A DNA stretch of 63,953 bases, counting the filler, from Conidiobolus incongruus B7586 (lineage: Eukaryota), in NCBI GenBank assembly GCA_000697335.1. It is 22 parts of 22 records of this genome, joined end to end, with 100 filler letters (N's around TTAATTAATTAA, not from the genome) between each part and the next. Parts side by side here need not be neighbours in the genome. Positions count along the whole stretch, not along the records: positions 53,006 to 59,628 come from JNEM01005270.1; positions 59,729 to 60,924 come from JNEM01005272.1; positions 61,025 to 62,732 come from JNEM01005273.1; positions 62,833 to 63,953 come from JNEM01005299.1; 18 more parts are not named here. One strand, 5' to 3'. Both the position numbers and the translations under genes were made by a program. The notes under the pieces are model-generated. The model did not search any database and was not told the DNA's origin. It saw only the letters and a program-made list of their open reading frames with translations. How positions within the stretch are numbered: the stretch's first letter is position 1; each line of letters begins with the position of its first letter. Of the stretch, positions 53,601 to 63,953 are shown one piece after another.

Positions 53601-54518
53601 ATAATGATTAATTTATCAGATTTGATTACTATTTCAAATGAACAAATTACTATGAATTTGATTTTAAAAACGTCTGAGCTATTTGAAATATCATTCAATA
53701 TTAGGTGGTTAAAAAATGACTATTGTTGTTATATTTACTTTTGTTCAATTAATTTCCCTTATTAATTTATATCAAACTGTGAAATAATTTCATCAGGTAA
53801 AAATATAATTTAATGAAAATCAATCAAAACATGATTCTTGGAGAGCTTGAAAAACATTAATTTTATAATCTAATATGATATTTGTTAATAATACAGTTAC
53901 AAATAAAAGCGAGAATTTTGTATATCAGAATTAACAAAATTCCACATATTTATTTTATGAGATTGCTATATTGATTAATTGATTTACATTTCAAATAAAA
54001 TTTCTGATTGTGAATTAAATTGTATTAAAAAATAATTGTAAATTAATATTAAAAAATCAGTTGAAATTGAAAAGTATTTGAAATATCAGTATAATTAATT
54101 AATATTCATTTATTTTTTAAGTATTAATCATCAATTGTTTAAAAAGTGATATTTAATCGAAATTCAATAAATAAATTGTGTTTAAGATGAATTATATATA
54201 CATTTTGATCAAGAAATTTTTATTGTTAATATTAATTATTAATAAAACAATAATAATTAATTGATAAGGTTTGAATCTTGTAATCAAAAGTGAAATTTTG
54301 TATTTATTAAATGCTAATATATAATTAGATTGATCCAATTTTTTTGGTACATAACCCTAATTCTAAAATATATCATAAAATTATAATATTCAAGATGTTA
54401 GTTAAATAAATTACGAAGTATTAAATGTATGTTACAAAATTTATAAATAACAAAAAGGAAAAATGAATTCAAGCATATATAAAAAATCATGAGTTTAATT
54501 TACGATAACTTACACAGT

Positions 54519-55748
<1,230 letters not shown>

Positions 55749-57564
55749 GATTTATCACTAAGGATTTGAAGAATGAAATATATTTAAAATGAGGTTTTAA
55801 AATTAATGAGGAAAAATAATAACTATTTAAAAGAGTGAATTTTAATTATGGAAAAGTAGTCTCTTGAGTGACATAATTAAAGATTTATCTGATTTTAGGT
55901 TCATATTTGACACTCGATTGGTCAATCATATTTATAGAAGATAGGATTTCTTAAACTTGGAAAATTAAAAGAATAAGAGTTGTCATTTATATGGATCAAT
56001 TTTTGTAGAATATTTTTTTCATTTTATTTGATCAATTAGTTATTAGTTTGATTTATGTAATGCAATGAAATAATGTTCAAATTTCTTTTACAATACAATA
56101 TACTATGACCTAATGGGATATAAAGAATTTGATTTTCTTATAAAATAATGCCAATAGATATTTTGAACACTACTAAATTATACTATGTAGTTTATAATTA
56201 TATTCACAACCTATTTACATATATTAATATTACTGAAAATGAATTAATATTCACATGGATTATAATTCATCCAATTTATCACATGACAAATTCGATATCG
56301 TTAAATTTTTGTATAATGATATATAGTTAATTTAAATTATCATCATCAAAATATATTTTAAAATAATTAATGTATATATTAATTACATAATATTTAATTT
56401 ATAGTGTATAATCAAATTTCAAAAATACAATTATATAATTGTCAGATTCAAATTTTCAATATTATTATTAATGTTGGATAATTTCCGAATGAACATTAAA
56501 AAATGATAAAGCTGTGATGAAACATGATTTAATTGTTTTGGCTTCATTATAAATATTATATCAATTTATGCAATTAATAAATTAGTTGTTAATTTGATAT
56601 ATTGTGAAAAATTATTTTATATAATGATGCTTAAATATACCTCTATATATTAAAATTATAATTTGGAAAAATTACATTGAAAGTTACTAAAAAATATATT
56701 TTACAGAAAATACTATCAAAATTGTTTATAAAATTATATTTTAATTATAATTGTGCAAAATCCATTTTGATATTATTATATAAATTGAACTCTGAAATTT
56801 AAATCAATAAAATATTGATATATTTTTTATATTGATTACAGTAATACCGATATGCTTGATTTCAAAATAACATATTTATAAAAGTTAAGAAATTATATAA
56901 TATAGTTATATTAATGTACTTCATAAATAGAATAATTTTAAATCATCCAATACAACTATTTTATTTCATATAATTTTTTTTCAAATTACTCTCTATGATC
57001 CCTCGAAACAATAATTACGAACGAAGAATTTCAATTGGAATTTCTTGGTGAATTTCGATTAGTTGATCTTTGAAATTTTTAATATATAAAAGATCTATTG
57101 TTAAATGGAGTGCAACCTAATACTAATATTTAATTAGAACCTGAAATCATAAGTTAACTAACTTCTTAAACGACATTGGATAATTATGAAATTTTGAGTA
57201 ATTTCTGAATTCAATTTGAATGCTCACACTATGATATTTAAGCAATAAATTTTGTTTGAAATTAATTTAATTATAATTAGAAAAATATAATCTATTATAT
57301 ATATTGCCTAGATCGAAAAATAAAACTTAAATTAACTATTATTATGATAATAAGAAAATTTTGAATTCAATGAAATTGAATCTTTGGTTTAATTTGAATT
57401 TTCTAAATTATTAATAAATTCAATCACTATTTCTGATACGATTCGGAAGTAATTTAAAATTTAGTATTCGTTTCAATTCAGTTTAATGGTTCATATAAAT
57501 TTCATTAAATGTATTATTCATATCAGCTTTCAATAATAATTGGCATTTTATCATTTGATTCATA

Positions 57565-58851
57565 ATGAAGCACAGTTTATTCTTAGTTGGGTTGATCCCA
57601 TTCGTTAGTGCACTTCCTCAACTCTCATATAATCATACAGATGCTCACCGAGGTGAGAATGGGTTGCTAGGTAATTTCACTACAAATCCTGAGGAGGCTA
57701 AAGTTTCTTCACACCAGTCTCAATCACAATCACAACATTTAATATCAGAAACAGATCCTACTTCACAATTGAGTGCCATGTCATTGCCAAGCCGGGCTGA
57801 AGTCATCCCAAGCCAAGCAACCATTGAGTTACAATTGAAAATGCAAAAGGCTTTCCAAGATTTCGCCAATACCATTGCCCAAATTGCTAGTGAAGCACGA
57901 GTACAAGCAAGCCAAATGACCATCAATCCCCAGTCTGCTGTTCAGCCAATCTCTAACCCTAGTGTCCAACCAGCCCCACAACCAGAAGCTCAACCTCAGC
58001 AAGCTTCCCAACTCCCTGCGGATCCTCAGCCCAACAGCGAACACAATCCTGAACCAAACCAAGAAGCTGCTCCACAGGCTTCGAGCAACGAATCTTCTTC
58101 CTCAGAGCAGAGCTCTGGTCCCCCAGCACAAGCTGGGTCTACTCGAAGTTTGTTGAGTGATCTTCTCGCAAGTAATAATGGAGTTAGTTCCATTGACAAC
58201 TATCAATTTCAATTTCAATCTTCACCATTGCCCGAATATCATCCAGTTTATATTAAATATGACTATCCTACTGCTTATGATTTAAGCGCTCTTGGAGCGC
58301 TAAATTATTACACCTCTGGATATCCCGTAGCCAGCTACAATGGATATGCAGACGGTTCAACATACCACACATTAGTGCATTCGAAGCCATCAGCCAAGTT
58401 ATCCCCATCTTCCGACAAGCATTCTCAAGAATTATCATCACCCTCCACTCAGAATAATCATGAGTTATTATCTGCTTCCAGCAAACATGAACAAGTATCA
58501 TCAATATCATCGGTATCATCTACCAAAGCAAAATCACCCCAATTGTCAGCAGCTTCCACTAAGCCTAGGATCCCGTCAATCTCTGCAAAATCGTCTCCAT
58601 CCCCATCATCATCCAGTAATAGCCCAATCAAAGCGAGCTCCCTTCATCCTGAACCTCAATCAAGATTAACACAAGAATCCCAGCCAAAGGCTCCTGCCAC
58701 AAGCCAACTTGACAAAGTCCTAACCCAAATTGAAACGGAATCCGCCCCCATTCTGAAACGTCGCGAGCGCTATAACAACCTTTCTAGTCAAAGGGTAGTT
58801 ATTGATGATAAGTTCTCACGTCAAGCTATGAAAGCTCGTAACAAATGTTAA
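57565..58851 (+). CDS. Secreted Ser/Pro/Gln-rich protein of unknown function, 428 aa
   Basis: Signal peptide MKHSLFLVGLIPFVSA|LP. Long intact ORF in a GC-rich island with low-complexity body. Confidence 0.85.
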   Translation: MKHSLFLVGLIPFVSALPQLSYNHTDAHRGENGLLGNFTTNPEEAKVSSHQSQSQSQHLISETDPTSQLSAMSLPSRAEVIPSQATIELQLKMQKAFQDFANTIAQIASEARVQASQMTINPQSAVQPISNPSVQPAPQPEAQPQQASQLPADPQPNSEHNPEPNQEAAPQASSNESSSSEQSSGPPAQAGSTRSLLSDLLASNNGVSSIDNYQFQFQSSPLPEYHPVYIKYDYPTAYDLSALGALNYYTSGYPVASYNGYADGSTYHTLVHSKPSAKLSPSSDKHSQELSSPSTQNNHELLSASSKHEQVSSISSVSSTKAKSPQLSAASTKPRIPSISAKSSPSPSSSSNSPIKASSLHPEPQSRLTQESQPKAPATSQLDKVLTQIETESAPILKRRERYNNLSSQRVVIDDKFSRQAMKARNKC

Positions 58852-59728
58852 GGTTAGATTGATCACCAAATTATTTTTTAGCTAATGGTTTATTTGATAA
58901 TAAATAATTTAAATCCATCAAGTTAGTAAATGAGATAAAATTATTTTAATATATCAACTTGTTATTATTAATTGACAATACAATTAAAGTTCAAAAACAT
59001 TATCACTTGTATCAAAACAAAGTACCTATTTGATTTATAATTTTTTAAATATATTTTGGTATTAAATATTGATAAGTATTTATAATATAATTAAAATTAA
59101 TTACTATATTTGTATTATATATACTGTCATAATTATTAAATGATAATAGTTAATGGTATATAACTTGAACTTTACATATTATCAAAAAATTTTAAAATAT
59201 AAATTGAATGAAATATTTTTAATTTAATCTTTGTTACTTTTGTAATTAAAATAGATTTTTCAGAATTATAACAAATGGTAATTTTTATTTCATTAAAATA
59301 AAATTCAAATATTTATTAATTCTAAATTTTTAAATATATTTTATATTACCCATATATATATAGGTAATATAAAGTCGTTTTTTGATATGTTACTTTATAG
59401 CAGATATAATTCTTTAAATATTTATATTGTTTTTAATTCATTATTAAATGAATTGGCTAATATATAAAAGTATAAAACTCGATCAAAATAAAATATCAAA
59501 TAAATTTATTTTATAGCAATATATTTTTTAATAAATTTTTTTCTAATAATATTGTATTATTTGATATTAAGAGAAAATAGAGTATATATATGAATTCACT
59601 ATTTTTATTATTATTAAATATATATATANNNNNNNNNNNNNNNNNNNNNNNNNNNNNNNNNNNNNNNNNNNNTTAATTAATTAANNNNNNNNNNNNNNNN
59701 NNNNNNNNNNNNNNNNNNNNNNNNNNNN

Positions 59729-60924
59729 ATATACAAAATAAATAAGAAAATAAATAGTTTTAAATTATATATATATATATAATAACTTTTTTGATTAAAA
59801 AAATAATTTTTTAAAGTTAGTTGTTTAATTTAATTATGTTTAAACTAAATAGTAATCATCAAAAGTTTTTTATTTTAGTATCAATAAAATTTAACTATAA
59901 ACCCTTTAAAATCATTTAAAATTTACAAATAGCTTTTAATAATAAAGTATTATCTAAATTAACAATTTATTATTAGGTAAATTACTTTAAGGTTAAGAGA
60001 AAAACTACCCAAAACCTGTTAAAATCTAGAAAATTAATTTTAACTATTATTTTTTTAATTGTTAATAAAGTAAAAAAACATATTAAAAAATATCTTTTTA
60101 TTTCAGTTAAAAAATTATCAAGATACTTTAATATTAGTCATATAAATATTTTATATATATTAAAGTTTAAATTTAAATTAATTAATAAAAATATAAAATA
60201 GGTACCTTATAATTTAACTAAAGCTTAAAAAAAACTAGAGTAGTTATTATTAAACAAAACTTACTAAAGTATAGCTAGAAACTAAAACTTTTACAGTAAA
60301 TTATTATAATTAATGAATCTTAGATTTCTTTGTATAATCTTTTACTAAAATATAAATCAAAGTGTTAGATTAAGCTAAATCAACCCCTTCTATAAATTCC
60401 TTTAAATAAATATTTTATTAATAAATAAATATTAATTATTATAATAAATTATAATAATATATGCTATTCTTATTTAACTTTTAAAGGAAAATTAATTAAT
60501 AGTAAACTTTATATTTCTTCTTTAAATAAAATTATTTTTAATTAGTATTATTAATATAATTTGAGAAAACCTATTATTTTATATAATAATTAAAAAATAT
60601 ATAAATCTAAAGTTGTAAAAAACTTTTTAATTAAAAATAACTAGAAAGAAATATTATATTTAATATATTTTTTAGATTATAACTTATATGATTATAATTG
60701 TTTTTGGTAATTAAAAAACTAGCTTACAAAAAAGAAAATTTCTACAGGAAAATTTAATTAGTTTGTAAAATATCAAATTTCAGTCTTTAATAAAAAAAAC
60801 TATTTTTTAAATGTTAGATCTTTGCTAAAAATTTAGCAAAAAGTTATTATAAATAAAAAAAATTATTAATTCTATAATATATATTTATTTTTATTTTTTA
60901 TATATTAAAATATTAATTTTTTTC
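59729..60924 (+). mobile_element. Degenerate mariner copy (subfamily b), ends cut by gaps
   Basis: 'aaataggtaccttataatttaact' (KWVPHNLT), 'aatgaatcttag' (DESW), 'gattataacttatatgat' (DYNPCD). Confidence 0.9.
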
Positions 60925-61177
60925 NNNNNNNNNNNNNNNNNNNNNNNNNNNNNNNNNNNNNNNNNNNNTTAATTAATTAANNNNNNNNNNNNNNNNNNNN
61001 NNNNNNNNNNNNNNNNNNNNNNNNTATTTAATTTAGATTTATTTTATTAAATATAAATTAAGTTATTAATAACATTATAACTGTTTTTGATTTTATAAAT
61101 TAATATAAAATGTTTAATTTTATGTTTATTGTTGATATTTATAATATAATTAAGTAAAAATAATATAATTAGTATTA

Positions 61178-62495
61178 TTAGTATAGATATTAAAAAATGG
61201 CAAATTTTTTAATTTCTAATCTTTCAAACATATTATAAATTTTGAAAGATAATATAAATATAAAATATATAGGAAAATAAATATCTTTAAACTATATATA
61301 TATATTTAATTTTTATTATTTTTTTTTATTAAAATGTTTTGATTTTAAAATATATACTTAAATTTAATCATGCTTAAATTAAATTGTAATTATCAAAAAG
61401 CTTTTATTTTTATATCTTTAAAAGTTAATTATAAACTCTCTAAAATTATCTAAAACTTACAAACACTTTATAAAGATGGTACTTTATTTAAAACTACCAT
61501 ATATCACTAGATTTGTGATTTTAAAGCTAGAAGGGACATTATTTAAAATTTACCAAAATCTAAAAGATTAATTTCTATTGTTACTTTTTCATTTACTTAT
61601 AAAGTAAAAAAATATAAAGAAATACCTTTTTATTTCTGTTAGAAAACTATTAAAGTAATTTAATGTTAATTATATAAGTATGTTATATTTACTTAAGTAT
61701 AAACTTAGATTAATAAATAAAAATGTAAAATAGATACCTTATAATTTAACAAAAGCCTAAAAGAAAACTAAAATAGCTATAGCTAAACTAAACTTATTAA
61801 GATATAACCAAAAACAAAAGTTTTTATAGCAAATACTTATAATTGATGAATCTTAAATTCTTTTATATAATCCTTTACCTAAAAATAAAACAAGATGTTG
61901 GGTTAAGCCAAATCAATCCCCTCTACAAATTCTAATGAATAAGTACTTTTAATATAAATAAATGTTAATTATTATAATAGATTATAATAGTATATAGTCT
62001 TTTTATTTAATACCTTAAGGAAAATCAATTAATAGTAAGTTATATATTACTTTTTTAAATAAAATAATTTCTAAATGGTGTTCTTAATATAAATTAAAGA
62101 CACTTATTATTTGATATGATAATTGCAAAATATATAAAGCTAAAGCTATAAAAGATTTTTTATATAAAAAAAATTAAAAGGTATTATCACATCCAATATA
62201 TTCATTTAATTATAACCTATATAATTAAAATTGTTTTACACAATTAAAAAAACAGCTTGCAAGAAAAAAAATTCTTGCAAACAAATTAAATTGCTTCATA
62301 AAATATTAAATTTCAGTCCTTAATAAAAAGAACTGTTTTTTAGGTATTAGAAACTTACCAAAAGTATAGAAAAGAGTTATTAATAATAAAAGAGGCTATT
62401 AATTTTATATTATTCATTAATTTTTATATATTATTTATTAAATTACTTGTATAATTTTAATTTTAAAATTATCCCATTACTTAATTCTATACTAA
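61178..62495 (+). mobile_element. Full-length degenerate mariner (DD34D), 1318 bp, TA-flanked
   Basis: TIRs TA|TTAGTATAGATATTAAAAAATGG ... CCCATTACTTAATTCTATACTAA|TA. Relic ORF 61370-62402 (~345 codons) with WIPHNL, TIDESW, HDNC, HPxYSPDYNPCD and LPKVWKRVIDNEGGY after undoing transitions. Confidence 0.92.
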
Positions 62496-62832
62496 TAATT
62501 ATATCATTTTATATTAATATTATCAAAATATTTAAATTTAATTTAATTTAAATATAATCAAAATTTATTATTAAAATTAAAAAATAATATTATATTCAAT
62601 TAATATTAATTATAAATAACTAAAATAAATCTAAATATATTTATTTAATATTACTTTATAGATATATATATAAATATAAGAAAAAAGATTATTTAAGATA
62701 TATTTATAAATAAAGAATTTAATATTTTGGTTNNNNNNNNNNNNNNNNNNNNNNNNNNNNNNNNNNNNNNNNNNNNTTAATTAATTAANNNNNNNNNNNN
62801 NNNNNNNNNNNNNNNNNNNNNNNNNNNNNNNN

Positions 62833-63341
62833 ATTATATTTTATTTATAGTTTTATTATGTTAAAATTTTAATTTAAGTATTTTTTAATATTATTCTTAA
62901 TAACTTTAACTATAATAGATTAATTAACATAAATAATTGTAGTAATCTTATAAGTTGATTTATATTTATTATAAAGCTAATTAATATATAAGTGAGTTTT
63001 TTTAAAGAAAAATTTAAACATTATAATATTAATTTTAAATTACTAACTTAATAGATTTATACTATATATTATATATTAAAAAGAATAGAAAATATATATA
63101 AATTTTGTTATTTAAATATTTTTAACTTATTAACCTAGATATTTATAACTTATTTTGGTTAAATTTTAAATTTTATTATATTAACCAATAGTTAATATAA
63201 TATAATCAATTATAGTTAGTTATAAATAACTAATATAAGTAAATTATATATTTTAATTTAAATTTATTTAATTACAAATTATTCAAGATATAAATAAATA
63301 TATAAGTAATTTTAATTTTATAACTTATTTTTATATATTAA
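62833..63341 (-). mobile_element. Tc1 left end and transposase start
   Basis: Reverse complement matches 7206-7730, including the outer DR 'aaaaataagttataaaatt' and the transposase ATG near 63021. Confidence 0.8.
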
Positions 63342-63953
63342 AATATATTAATTATTTTATTAAATAGGTTAAAGTTAAAACTATAACTTTAATAAGTATA
63401 ACTATTGATAAAAAATTCATCTTAGATATAATAATAGAATATAATTACCCAAAAAAGATCATAAATAGAAATAGTTGATTATTTATTATAAAATATAGAA
63501 AATAAAGTTATAAACCAATATTATCAAATATTTAATAATGAAATAAAAAAAGAAATGAGTATATTAAAGGAATTTTATAAAAGCTGAATTCTAATTAAAA
63601 TAAAAAAACCAATGATTAAATATTATTTTAAAAATAATAAGAATTATATAATATTTATAAATTAAATATTAATCTTAAATATAGCTTTATAATGGAAATT
63701 ATATTCTACTAAGAATATTATTTGAAACAAATTATTAAATTTATTTAAAATAAGTTATTATAAAGATTATTAAAAAGAATAGGTTAAAAATGAATTAAAA
63801 TCAATGATTCAGCTTATTATTACCCTGTATTTTTGATAATAGGAATTTTTTGTAATTAAAAATAAATAAATATTTTAATATATAATATATAAAAATAAAT
63901 ATATAATATATATTTAGTAGTTTCTTTTATTATTTATAACTTTTTGCTATATT

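Overview
Very AT-rich fungal genomic DNA, probably from an early-diverging lineage (Conidiobolus/Entomophthoromycotina-like). That taxonomy is only inferred from 47-69 nt introns, composition and the F-box/LRR gene relics. The window consists of 22 contig pieces joined by an artificial N44-TTAATTAATTAA-N44 linker, so adjacency across linkers is not guaranteed. Seven apparently intact genes are present: a membrane-anchored GH5 exo-beta-1,3-glucanase, a 7-exon RNA Pol III subunit RPC31, an MCT-type MFS transporter, a MiT/TFE/Rtg3-like bHLH factor, an FG-nucleoporin Nup57/Nup54, ETF-alpha, and a secreted S/P/Q-rich protein. There are also decayed host genes. Much of the apparently featureless AT-rich DNA is three families of dead DNA transposons: Tc1 DD34E with IR/DR ends (6 copies), mariner DD34D (9 copies or fragments) and a probable MULE (4 pieces). 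All are riddled with C>T/G>A transitions while neighbouring single-copy genes are untouched, which is the signature of a RIP-like repeat-defence system. A 600-bp compositionally foreign, possibly RNA-virus-derived ORF is inserted inside an F-box/LRR pseudogene.
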